Assembly (NCBI GenBank): GCA_964474825.1
Contig: CAYYWQ010000001.1
Location: forward strand, 1,189 to 65,188
DNA from: an uncultured Candidatus Saccharibacteria bacterium
GTDB taxonomy: Bacteria > Patescibacteriota > Doudnabacteria > UBA920
Reading direction: 5' to 3'
Length of the DNA: 64,000 nucleotides
The position numbers were made by a program, and so were the translations under genes. The notes under the pieces were generated by a model. It was not told the DNA's origin. It ran no database searches and saw only the letters and a program-made list of their open reading frames with translations. How positions within the stretch are numbered: the first letter of the stretch is position 1; each line of letters begins with the position of its first letter. Of the stretch, positions 46,787 to 55,262 are shown in pieces.

Positions 46787-47146
46787 ATGAAGAAACCAAA
46801 AGACGTTGATTCTTATATAAAAGGTGCCCCACCGGAAACCAAAAGCAGGCTTAAAGAGCTTCGTAAAATTATAAAAGCTGTGGCGCCAAAGGCAGAGGAA
46901 AAAATTAGTTATGGCATGCCTTATTACGGGTACTTTGGACGATTAGCTTATTTTGCCTATGCCAAAAATCATGTTGGCTTGTATGTTATGCCCCCAACAG
47001 TTGAAGTGTTTAAACAGGAATTAAAAAGCTATAAAACTTTAAAAGCCACAGTCCAGTTTCCTTTAGTTAAACCGTTGCCTGTGGCCCTCATAAAAAAGTT
47101 AATAAAGTTTGGGATAAAAAGGAACGAGGAAAAGAGTAAAGCCTAA
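46787..47146 (+). CDS. DUF1801/YdhG-like protein
   Basis: VDSYI, AEEKISYGMP, KATVQFP. Confidence 0.88.
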   Translation: MKKPKDVDSYIKGAPPETKSRLKELRKIIKAVAPKAEEKISYGMPYYGYFGRLAYFAYAKNHVGLYVMPPTVEVFKQELKSYKTLKATVQFPLVKPLPVALIKKLIKFGIKRNEEKSKA

Positions 47147-47152
47147 AACAAG

Positions 47153-47668
47153 CTATTCTTCAACAGGCATTGCCAGCTTGTTGATTTTGGATTTGGCTAG
47201 GCTGTTTAATTTTTCGTCCGCGCCTTTTTCTTCTGCCAGGGTTTCTTCCAACAGTTCAGCTGCACGTTCATTGCCAAGAAGCAAGGCCCATTCTTTGGCT
47301 GTGCCATAGCCGGCCATTTCGTAATGCTCAACATACTGGGCCGCGGCAATTAAGGAAGCGTCCAGCGCCTGTTTTCCTTTAACGTTTTTTATGAGCCATT
47401 CCGCGTCTTTAATAAGACCGGCAATGGCCTCCACTTTGGTTTTTTGCGGCTTCATTTTCAGGGTTGCAAAAATTTGTTCCAATCTTTTTGCGTGCTGCTT
47501 GGTTTCCTCCAGGTGTTCTTTAAATCCGGCTTTTAACTGCGGGTCCGCGGAATTCTTTGCCATTTTAGGAAGGGCTTTAATAAGCTGGGATTCTATGTCG
47601 TAAAGCGCCTTTATTTTTAGCAAAAATAGTTCCGGCAAGCCTTCAATTGTTTTGCTGTTGTAAATCAT
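47153..47668 (-). CDS. YciE/YciF ferritin-like protein (DUF892)
   Basis: HLEETKQH..RLE, AAAQYVEHYEMAGYGT, EEKGADEKL. Confidence 0.92.
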   Translation of the reverse strand: MIYNSKTIEGLPELFLLKIKALYDIESQLIKALPKMAKNSADPQLKAGFKEHLEETKQHAKRLEQIFATLKMKPQKTKVEAIAGLIKDAEWLIKNVKGKQALDASLIAAAQYVEHYEMAGYGTAKEWALLLGNERAAELLEETLAEEKGADEKLNSLAKSKINKLAMPVEE

Positions 47669-47700
47669 AAAAGCCCCACTCCTTGGTTAAGGTTAATTTT

Positions 47701-47817
47701 CTAGCTTTCTTCGTTGTCCGCGTCTGCGTCGTGGGCTGCCGCGGCGTCCCTGTCCGCCTGGGCGGCCTCATCGCGTTGTTGGTTTGCGGTGTCATCTGCT
47801 TGTGTTGAATCTGCCAT
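47701..47817 (-). CDS. 38-aa Asp/Ala-rich micro-protein (not in ORF track)
   Basis: MADSTQADDTANQQRDEAAQADRDAAAAHDADADNEES*, SD AAGGAG. Confidence 0.65.
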   Translation of the reverse strand: MADSTQADDTANQQRDEAAQADRDAAAAHDADADNEES

Positions 47818-47855
47818 ATAATTAGTCTCCTTTATAATTTGGTAATTAGGGTTAG

Positions 47856-48095
47856 TTAGTTAGATTGTAAAAATTTCTTTTGTAAATATTTTTCTTCAAA
47901 ATAAGAGAAGTCGCAGTGTGAGGGGCGGGAGCCCAGGAGGTCGGAATAATTATGTGTATTAAAATTAGTTTTGGGCAATTCAAACTCTTCCAAGCCCCCG
48001 CGTTTGTGGGGATTTTTTGAACTTTTTATTACCCTTAGTATGCCTGAGCCGATTTTTTTAAAAGCCTTGGGTAAGGGAAAGGTTTTGTAAAGCAT
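47856..48095 (-). CDS. small hypothetical protein
   Basis: 79-aa ORF with SD AAGGAG. Confidence 0.5.
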   Translation of the reverse strand: MLYKTFPLPKAFKKIGSGILRVIKSSKNPHKRGGLEEFELPKTNFNTHNYSDLLGSRPSHCDFSYFEEKYLQKKFLQSN

Positions 48096-48173
48096 GAATA
48101 CTCCTTAAAATGGGGGAGAGGCCGGTGTTTAGGCCGGACCTCTCCGTCCACCTAGGTTCTGTTCTTAAGTTTT

Positions 48174-48266
48174 TCACATTCTGGATTGTTTTCGGGCGCC
48201 CTTTCTTCCTCTGGCAGAAGAAGATGACTTGGTAGTCCTGGAGCGCGAGCGTTTATTCTGTGGCAT
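48174..48266 (-). CDS. 30-aa Arg/Ser/Lys-rich micro-protein (not in ORF track)
   Basis: MPQNKRSRSRTTKSSSSARGRKGARKQSRM*, SD AGGAG. Confidence 0.6.
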   Translation of the reverse strand: MPQNKRSRSRTTKSSSSARGRKGARKQSRM

Positions 48267-48431
48267 GGTATTGTCTCCTACAGGGATTTCATACCGATTT
48301 CTTAAGGGCTGTCAGAGCGGGTTTTGCCTCGGCAAAACATGGCTTTGGGACAAGGCCGTTAAAAAGCTAAGGTTATTTCGGTGCGGGTCCCTGTCTATAT
48401 TAGTAAGTTTGGGTATAGGCTTTCGGAAAGC

Positions 48432-48563
48432 TTAATTGTTGCTGCCGCTGTTACCCTGTCCACCCTGGCCGCTTTGGCCACCCTGGCGGTTACCGCTGCC
48501 GGAGTCGTTGTTGTCTTGCTGTCTGTTGGCGTTCGGGGTGTTGGTGTTGTTGGAAGTTGTCAT
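48432..48563 (-). CDS. 43-aa Asn/Gln/Gly-rich micro-protein
   Basis: MTTSNNTNTPNANRQQDNNDSGSGNRQGGQSGQGGQGNSGSNN*, strong SD GAGGAGGTGA. Confidence 0.7.
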   Translation of the reverse strand: MTTSNNTNTPNANRQQDNNDSGSGNRQGGQSGQGGQGNSGSNN

Positions 48564-48842
48564 ATTTTTCACCTCCTCTCGGTGTATTAATAATAAATAA
48601 TTTAATTTACAGTCGCATCCGCAACAGTTAAAATAAAATTTAGGAAAAATAAAAACCGAACACTCTATTACAATGTCCGGTTTCGCCACTGGCCTATCCG
48701 TGATTATAAGGCGACCAAATAATAAATCACGGGTTTTCGGCTTACACTTTATTTAATTCTCTTGCGCATATATTAAAACGAATATCTAACAAGAAAGTTA
48801 CATTTTATGTTGAATAAAATTAACTTCTTGGTTAAAAGGGTT

Positions 48843-49943
48843 TTAGCCGTTTTCTTTTTCTTGGAAACTGAAAGTCAAGGTGGCCAGGAAAATTAAAATA
48901 ATTCCCCAAACCAACATGGCAATTAAATTTTTGGAAATGTCCATGAACCCCGCGTTTTTTGTCATAATATCGCGGAGCGCGGTGGAAAAATAAGTCAGCG
49001 GCAAAAATTTGGCAATGTTTTGGAGCCAGTTTGGCATATTGGAAATTGGGAAAAAGGTTCCGCCTAAAAACAGCATGGGGAAAACAATTAAGTTAGCCAG
49101 CGCTGGGACTGTTTCCACGGTTTTGGAAAGTCCGGAAATTGTATAGCCTAATCCCAGGAACATTAACGCACCTAAAATTACGCAAAGCAAAACCAAAAAC
49201 AGCGAGCCAATAATGTGGGCTTTGAACAGGAACACTCCCACTGCAATAAATATGGCAGTCTGGAGGACGGCAACAATTAGTCTCGTAAAAACATTGGCAG
49301 CTACAAACTGGAAGGGGCGCATTGGAGTGGCAAGCAGGCGCTTAAGCACTCCCTTTTCTTTGTATTGGGCAAAGGCAAAAGCCACTGAGAACACGGACAT
49401 TTGCATAATTGAAAGAGCAATTAAACCCGGCAACAAAAATTCAAAGTAAGTCAGGTTTTTGGAGTTGACTGCTTTTTCTTCCACGGTAAACAGGGTAGGG
49501 GCATTGGTTATGGCTAAGGTGGTTTTGTCCAAATATGTGCTCAATATGGAAAGTACGGTTTGGGATTGAGCGGCTTGTCCTTGGTTAGTGTGGGCAATAA
49601 TTACTTTTGCTTGAGTTGTGGCGGTAGTTTGCGATATTAAATCATTGGGAACTTCCAGCACCACCGTGCGGTTGCCTTCGTTTAATTCTTTAAGTTCACT
49701 GTCCAGTGTACCTTCGTGGATTTTAAAAGTCGGGAAATTTTTTAGCTGGTCAACAAACTGCTGGGTTTCCTGGTTGGGGTGTTGGTCTATTAACCCCACG
49801 TCAAATTTAGGGGGCTTGTCGAAACCAATGAGGCCAAAAACTATCATAATAAGCAGGGGAGAGAACAAAGTAAAAAACAGCGCCTGCTTGTTGCGAAAAA
49901 ACATTTTTATGGAAGACTTTGTAAGGGTTGTTGTTGTAGACAT
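48843..49943 (-). CDS. ABC-2 type transporter permease
   Basis: FLLPGLIA, KEKGVLKRLLATP, FLGGTFFPISNMP. Confidence 0.92.
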   Translation of the reverse strand: MSTTTTLTKSSIKMFFRNKQALFFTLFSPLLIMIVFGLIGFDKPPKFDVGLIDQHPNQETQQFVDQLKNFPTFKIHEGTLDSELKELNEGNRTVVLEVPNDLISQTTATTQAKVIIAHTNQGQAAQSQTVLSILSTYLDKTTLAITNAPTLFTVEEKAVNSKNLTYFEFLLPGLIALSIMQMSVFSVAFAFAQYKEKGVLKRLLATPMRPFQFVAANVFTRLIVAVLQTAIFIAVGVFLFKAHIIGSLFLVLLCVILGALMFLGLGYTISGLSKTVETVPALANLIVFPMLFLGGTFFPISNMPNWLQNIAKFLPLTYFSTALRDIMTKNAGFMDISKNLIAMLVWGIILIFLATLTFSFQEKENG

Positions 49944-49957
49944 AAAAGTTTAAGAAA

Positions 49958-50875
49958 TTAATCCCGTAATTGGTGTCCGGTTAATTTTAAGAAGACGTCT
50001 TCCAGTGTGGCGCGTTTTAAGCTCAGCTCCTCAACCTTAAAGCCCGATCCGCGGCTTAAGGAAAACAGCCCATCTAAAGTGGCTTGAGGATCTTTTGTGG
50101 TGACAAAGTACATAAATTTTTCGCGTTTGACCGCGTCTGCTGCGGGAAGCTTTAACAGCTGGGATTCCGCAATATCAGACCTGGACATGAATTCCACGGT
50201 AGGGCTTACCTCGGTTTGCATAAGCAAGTTTGTGGTTGTGTCTAAAGCTACAATTTTTGCGTGGTCCATAACCGCTATGCGGTCACACAAAACTTCCGCT
50301 TCGTCCATGTAGTGGGTGGTTAAGACAACTGTTTTGCCGCGTTTTTTTATGGACTCCACTAAATCCCAAAGATTCCTGCGGGCCTGCGGGTCTAAGCCCG
50401 TAGTTGGTTCGTCCAAAAAAAGAATTTTTGGGTCATTAACCAAGCCTACGGCAATGGAAAGGCGCTGTTTTTGTCCCCCGGAAAGTTCTTTGACTTGGTT
50501 TTTGGCCTTGTCTTCCAGTTGGACTTCTTTAAGTAAATCCATTGGGTTAACTTTTCTGTTATAAAATGAAGCAAAGGTTTCTATGAGCTCCAATAAATTC
50601 AAGCCTTCAAAAAAAGTTGAAGCCTGTAATTGTACCCCGATTATGGACTTTACCGCTTGTGTTTCTTTGGTAACGTCTTTTCCGTCTAATGTTATTTTTC
50701 CGGAGGTTATGTTTTTTAGGCCCTCTATCATTTCCAGGGTTGTAGTTTTGCCGGCTCCGTTGGGGCCAAGTATTCCAAAAGTTTCTCCGGCTTCCACGTT
50801 AAAAGAAATATTGTCAACGGCCGTGAAATCACCGTATTTTTTGGTCAAGTTTTTTACTTCAATTATAGAAGGCAT
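49958..50875 (-). CDS. ABC transporter ATP-binding protein
   Basis: GPNGAGKTT, LSGGQKQR, LDEPTTGLD, TTHYM. Confidence 0.95.
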   Translation of the reverse strand: MPSIIEVKNLTKKYGDFTAVDNISFNVEAGETFGILGPNGAGKTTTLEMIEGLKNITSGKITLDGKDVTKETQAVKSIIGVQLQASTFFEGLNLLELIETFASFYNRKVNPMDLLKEVQLEDKAKNQVKELSGGQKQRLSIAVGLVNDPKILFLDEPTTGLDPQARRNLWDLVESIKKRGKTVVLTTHYMDEAEVLCDRIAVMDHAKIVALDTTTNLLMQTEVSPTVEFMSRSDIAESQLLKLPAADAVKREKFMYFVTTKDPQATLDGLFSLSRGSGFKVEELSLKRATLEDVFLKLTGHQLRD

Positions 50876-51089
50876 GTTTTATAATATAATTATTTTTTAC
50901 AATATTAGTGAATTATATCTGAAAATTCATTTTCAGGGAAATACTTGAAATTTTATGGATGTATATAGGGTAAAACGAACATTACCCAATAAAGTTTCCC
51001 CCTGTTTGGGACAAGGTTAAAATTTTGTTATAATACAAATTCAAACATTAAAGCCCCTATTAAAGAGGGCTAGGGAGAGGGATAAATTT

Positions 51090-51503
51090 ATGGCTAAAAT
51101 GAACCCGGTGGTACATTTTGAAATGCCCTACGAAGACAAGGCCCGCATGGCAGATTTTTATTCAAAAGCTTTTGGCTGGACAGCGCAAATGCTTGGTCCG
51201 GAAATGGGTGAGTATGTGGTTGTTCATACCAGTGAAACAGACGACAAAAATATGATAAAAGAACCGGGCAGGATTAATGGCGGGTTTTTTAAAAGGACTA
51301 AAGACCACCAGACTCCTTCCGTGGTAATAGCGGTGGACGACATCCAGGAAGCCATGAAGCAAGTTACAGAAGCCGGGGGTAAAATTTTGGGCGGAAGCCA
51401 TGGTCCGGACAAACCGGATGATATTCCCGGGATTGGTTTATATATTGCAATAGTAGACACAGAAGGCAATAAGGTTGCACTGCTGCAGCCAAAGGGAATG
51501 TAG
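51090..51503 (+). CDS. VOC family protein
   Basis: VVHFEM, FYSKAFGW, DTEGN. Confidence 0.9.
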   Translation: MAKMNPVVHFEMPYEDKARMADFYSKAFGWTAQMLGPEMGEYVVVHTSETDDKNMIKEPGRINGGFFKRTKDHQTPSVVIAVDDIQEAMKQVTEAGGKILGGSHGPDKPDDIPGIGLYIAIVDTEGNKVALLQPKGM

Positions 51504-51535
51504 AAATTAGTCAGTAGGAAGTAGCGGGTAGTAAT
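51501..51535 (+). repeat. TAG-N4 heptamer array (single arm)
   Basis: TAGAAAT TAGTCAG TAGGAAG TAGCGGG TAGTAAT. Confidence 0.8.
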
Positions 51536-51554
51536 TAATAGAAAGGAATCCTAT

Positions 51555-52019
51555 ATGAAAAAATTACATTTTAACATTACCATCAACGCGCCAAAGGAAA
51601 AGGTTTGGCATGCCATGTTAGACAAAGAGTCTTATAAAGAATGGACATTGGTGTTTAATGCAGGCGGTTCATATTATAAAGGAGATTGGAGTAAGGGTTC
51701 AAAAATACTTTTTATTGGTCCCGATCCAAAAACCGGAAAAGAGGGCGGCATGGTCAGCCGAATTGCCGAGAATAAGCCATATGAATTTATTTCCATAGAG
51801 CATGTAGGAATTGTAAACGACGGAGTAGAGGACACCACAAGCGAAGAGGCTAAAAAATGGACTCCGGCTTTTGAAAATTACACTTTTAAAGAAACCAATG
51901 GGGCGACCGAAGTTTTAGTGGACATGGACGGTGCAGATGAGTATGCGGAAATGTTTGAGGGTATGTGGCCAAAGGCTTTGCAGAGGTTAAAAGAAATAGC
52001 AGAAAAAAGTAACATTTAG
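51555..52019 (+). CDS. SRPBCC family protein
   Basis: INAPKEKVW, WPKALQRLKEIAE. Confidence 0.9.
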   Translation: MKKLHFNITINAPKEKVWHAMLDKESYKEWTLVFNAGGSYYKGDWSKGSKILFIGPDPKTGKEGGMVSRIAENKPYEFISIEHVGIVNDGVEDTTSEEAKKWTPAFENYTFKETNGATEVLVDMDGADEYAEMFEGMWPKALQRLKEIAEKSNI

Positions 52020-52098
52020 TAAGTAGTCAGTAGGGAGTAGCGGGTAGCAGTTTCTTGGACCGCCTTCCTACTTCCTACCAGCTACTTACTACTCACTA
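52017..52098. repeat. TAG-N4 / N4-CTA heptamer inverted-repeat spacer
   Basis: TAGTAAG TAGTCAG TAGGGAG TAGCGGG TAGCAG ... CTA CTTCCTA CCAGCTA CTTACTA CTCACTA. Confidence 0.85.
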
Positions 52099-52103
52099 AT
52101 ACA

Positions 52104-52481
52104 ATGAACGCAATCCCATATATTGAAATTCAAGCGGAAAGTCCCGAAAGGGCAGTAAATTTTTATAAGGAAATATTTGGTTGGAAGTTTGAGAAAGACC
52201 CTAATATTCCAATTGAATATTGGCGGCTGGAAGCCGGGGGAGTCCGCGGCGGGGTGCTTAAGCGCCCCGCAAAAACACCCCCCAAGGAACATGGAACCAA
52301 TGCCTTTACTTGTTCTTTTGAAGTGGAAAAGTTTGACGCTACTGCGCAAAAAATTATTGTCCTTGGCGGGCAGGTTGCCATGGAAAAATTTGCAGTTCCA
52401 GGCAAATGTTGGCAAGGATATTTTTTAGACACCGAAAATAATGTTTTTGGCGTATTTGAGCCTGACGAAAACGCAAAATAA
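52104..52481 (+). CDS. VOC family protein
   Basis: YIEIQA, FYKEIFGW, YFLDTENNVFG. Confidence 0.9.
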   Translation: MNAIPYIEIQAESPERAVNFYKEIFGWKFEKDPNIPIEYWRLEAGGVRGGVLKRPAKTPPKEHGTNAFTCSFEVEKFDATAQKIIVLGGQVAMEKFAVPGKCWQGYFLDTENNVFGVFEPDENAK

Positions 52482-52498
52482 TTAACATAATAAAAATT

Positions 52499-52960
52499 AT
52501 GAGCCAACAAATAACTCCATTTTTGTGGTTTAACAACAACCTGGAAGAAGCAATGAAGTTTTATACTTCTGTCTTTAAAGATTCCAAAATCATTACGGCT
52601 AACCCGGGGCCTGACGGTAAAGTTATGATGGGGATATTTGAGCTCCAAGGACAGAAATTCTACGGCTTAAATGGCGGGCCTGAATTTAAATTTACCGAAG
52701 CAGTTTCTTTTTTTGTAGACTGCGAATCCCAGGAAGAAGTAGATGATCTTTGGAATAAACTTACGGCTAATGGGGGACAAGAATCTCAATGCGGCTGGTT
52801 AAAAGACAAGTATGGCTTGTCATGGCAAATTATCCCAAAAGAATTAGGGCCAATGTTAGGGGATAAAGATCCGGTTAAAGCCAATAGGGTAATGCAGGCT
52901 ATGCTGAAAATGAAAAAGATTATTATTGCGGATTTAGAGGCTGCTTACAATCAAAATTAA
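52499..52960 (+). CDS. VOC family protein (3-demethylubiquinone-9 methyltransferase-like)
   Basis: ITPFLWF, LNGGP, CGWLKDKYGLSWQI. Confidence 0.9.
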   Translation: MSQQITPFLWFNNNLEEAMKFYTSVFKDSKIITANPGPDGKVMMGIFELQGQKFYGLNGGPEFKFTEAVSFFVDCESQEEVDDLWNKLTANGGQESQCGWLKDKYGLSWQIIPKELGPMLGDKDPVKANRVMQAMLKMKKIIIADLEAAYNQN

Positions 52961-53020
52961 TCCCTTCAATAAATTAAAACCGCCATTTGTTTTGGCGGTT
53001 TTAATTTGGCCGGAAAAAGG

Positions 53021-53260
53021 CTATCTTATTGAGCGAACCAGTGCAATAAGAACAATGGCCCCTAGCACTGCCACTAAAAAGCTGTAAAGGTTAAATCCGG
53101 TTACGCCGGTTTTGCCAAAGAAGCTCATAAGCCAACCTCCAACAACCGCCCCTATTATACCTACTATAATGTCCGCTAAAAGCCCTTGGTTGTTGCCGGT
53201 AATTAAAGACGCTATCCAACCGGCTATAGCTCCAAAAATTATCCAAAGTATAATCCCCAT
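53021..53260 (-). CDS. GlsB/YeaQ/YmgE family stress membrane protein
   Basis: WIIFGAIAGWIAS...IIVGIIGAVVGG...TGFNLYS. Confidence 0.92.
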   Translation of the reverse strand: MGIILWIIFGAIAGWIASLITGNNQGLLADIIVGIIGAVVGGWLMSFFGKTGVTGFNLYSFLVAVLGAIVLIALVRSIR

Positions 53261-53274
53261 ATAATTTATATTAA

Positions 53275-53457
53275 TTATCTACGTTTAGCTTTGGGAGTTT
53301 TTGCCCCCATTTTCCTGGCCTCAGAAAGGCCAATTGCTATTGCTTGTTTGCGGCTTGTAACTTTTTTTCCGCTACGCCCGCTTTTTAATTTACCTCTTTT
53401 CATTTCATGCATGGCGCGTTGCACTTTTTTTTGTGCGGTTTTTCCATATTTTGGCAT
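53275..53457 (-). CDS. small basic protein (DUF6496-like)
   Basis: MHEMKRGKLKSGRSGKKVTSRKQAIAIGLSEAR; SD GGAGGTG. Confidence 0.85.
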   Translation of the reverse strand: MPKYGKTAQKKVQRAMHEMKRGKLKSGRSGKKVTSRKQAIAIGLSEARKMGAKTPKAKRR

Positions 53458-53582
53458 GATAACCACCTCCTTCTGCAATATAAAACTCTAAAAGAAACTT
53501 TTTGTTATCAAAAGTGTTTCAATTAAGGCGTTTAAAAACAAAAGTATTGACAAGCTTTTTTGAATAATGTATATTCAACTAT

Positions 53583-53903
53583 ATGGTTGAATATACATTA
53601 TCACTGGACAGCATTTTTGGCTCCTTAGCAGACCCCACCAGGAGGGATATTTTGAGGCGCGTAGCTAAAAAAGAACTTTCTATTGGCCAAATTGCCAAAT
53701 CCTATAAATTAACTTTTGCGGCCATTTCCAAGCATTTAAAAGTTTTGGAAAAGGCCAAGTTAATTGTTAAAAAACGGCGGGGGAAAGAGCAGGTCGTAAG
53801 TATTTATCCGGCAGCCATAAAAGACGCGGAAGCTTACCTTAAAAATTACGAAGCCATTTGGAACCGGCGGTTTGACCGCATAGAGGAATTATTAAAAAAA
53901 TAA
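53583..53903 (+). CDS. ArsR/SmtB family regulator
   Basis: LADPTRRDIL, AISKHLKVLE; promoter TTGACA-17-TATATT. Confidence 0.92.
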   Translation: MVEYTLSLDSIFGSLADPTRRDILRRVAKKELSIGQIAKSYKLTFAAISKHLKVLEKAKLIVKKRRGKEQVVSIYPAAIKDAEAYLKNYEAIWNRRFDRIEELLKK

Positions 53904-53930
53904 TCTTAAAATTAATAGAAAGGGAAAAAT

Positions 53931-54410
53931 ATGGGCAATAAAACTACGTTTACAGTAAAAAAAGAAAATTTGGAAGTGGCAATGGAGCGCGTGTTTAATG
54001 CGCCGAGGGAAAAGATTTGGAAAATAATGTCAGACCCAAAATTAATACCGCAATGGTGGGGGCCTGCTGAATATGAGACCACAGTAGATAAAATGGATTT
54101 TAGGGTAGGCGGGGAGTGGCGTTTTGTCCAAAAGGGTAAAGATGCACAGGAATTCGGTTTCCACGGCGTGTACCAGAAAATTGAAGAGCCAAAAATAATA
54201 TCCGACACGTTTAATTTTGAAGGCATTCCCGCCGGCCATGAATTGGTAGAAACAATGGTTTTAGAAGATTTGGGAAACGGTCAAACCAAAGTTATTGGCA
54301 TCTCCAAATACCAAAATATGGAAGACCTTGAAGGAATGGTTAATTCTGGTATGGAAGGGGGCGCGGTGGAAACTTGGGAAAGGCTTGCTCAACTTGTTGA
54401 GAAGGCATAA
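53931..54410 (+). CDS. SRPBCC/AHSA1 family protein
   Basis: RVFNAPRE, WWGP, DFRVGGEW, SGMEGG. Confidence 0.9.
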   Translation: MGNKTTFTVKKENLEVAMERVFNAPREKIWKIMSDPKLIPQWWGPAEYETTVDKMDFRVGGEWRFVQKGKDAQEFGFHGVYQKIEEPKIISDTFNFEGIPAGHELVETMVLEDLGNGQTKVIGISKYQNMEDLEGMVNSGMEGGAVETWERLAQLVEKA

Positions 54411-54419
54411 AATTACTCC

Positions 54420-54866
54420 ATGGATTACGAAAGATTTATGGAGTTGGCAATAGCGCAGGGAAGGTTGGCAAAAGAGGCCGGTGAATGGCCTTTTGGCGCG
54501 GTAATTGTTTGCGGGGAAAAAGTTGTTGCCCGAAATCGCCGTTCTGAAACGGCAGACAAAAATGCATTGTCCCATGCTGAACTTAAAGCGGTTGGCGATG
54601 CCTGTAAAGCTTTGGGAAAAAATAACCTCAGCGACTGCGTTATTTATTGCACGAACGAACCGTGCCTTATGTGCGCGGCGTCCATTTTCCAGGCCAAAAT
54701 TCCAAAAGTTGTTATTGCGGCTTCCCGAACGGATTTTCCAGATTTGCTCAGGCCAAGAAAATTACACATAGAAGATTTGGCTGCTGACTCGGGTTATAAA
54801 GTGGAAATTATAAAAGGAATTTTAAAAGACAAGGTTTTGGAACTATTTAAAGGCATAAAAAAATAA
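54420..54866 (+). CDS. nucleoside/nucleotide deaminase (TadA/GuaD-like)
   Basis: PFGAVIV, HAE, EPCLMC. Confidence 0.9.
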   Translation: MDYERFMELAIAQGRLAKEAGEWPFGAVIVCGEKVVARNRRSETADKNALSHAELKAVGDACKALGKNNLSDCVIYCTNEPCLMCAASIFQAKIPKVVIAASRTDFPDLLRPRKLHIEDLAADSGYKVEIIKGILKDKVLELFKGIKK

Positions 54867-54904
54867 TACCCGTTTGCTTAGGCTAACGGAAAAGGAGAAT
54901 AACT

Positions 54905-55198
54905 ATGATTATCGTCCACGACACTTTTGTGTGCAAGCCCGGCAATGCTTCCAAAGTGGCCAAAATGTTTAAGGAAGCTATGGAAGGAAATAAGGATGTG
55001 GTTAATATAATGACAGATATGACAGGCCAGTACCACAGGGTAATAATGGTTTCAAAATATGAAAACCTTGCGGCTTACGAAAAAAGTTTTGAAGAGTACA
55101 TGAAAGACACAGAGGAAAACAGGAAAATGGGAGAAAAAATGAAAGGCATGTCAGATATGTATACCAGTGGCGGTCGGGAAATTTATAAGGTTTGGTAA
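54905..55198 (+). CDS. NIPSNAP-like dimeric alpha-beta barrel protein
   Basis: FVCKPG...TDMTG...SGGREIY. Confidence 0.7.
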   Translation: MIIVHDTFVCKPGNASKVAKMFKEAMEGNKDVVNIMTDMTGQYHRVIMVSKYENLAAYEKSFEEYMKDTEENRKMGEKMKGMSDMYTSGGREIYKVW

Positions 55199-55262
55199 AA
55201 ATAAACACGGCTTAATAAGCCGTGTTTTTATAATGTAAAATTTAGGAGTATACTATATAAAC

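Noticed and set aside
51501-52098. CRISPR array or integron attC sites
   Set aside because: No constant repeat/spacer units, no cas or intI gene, no RYYYAAC/GTTRRRY ends
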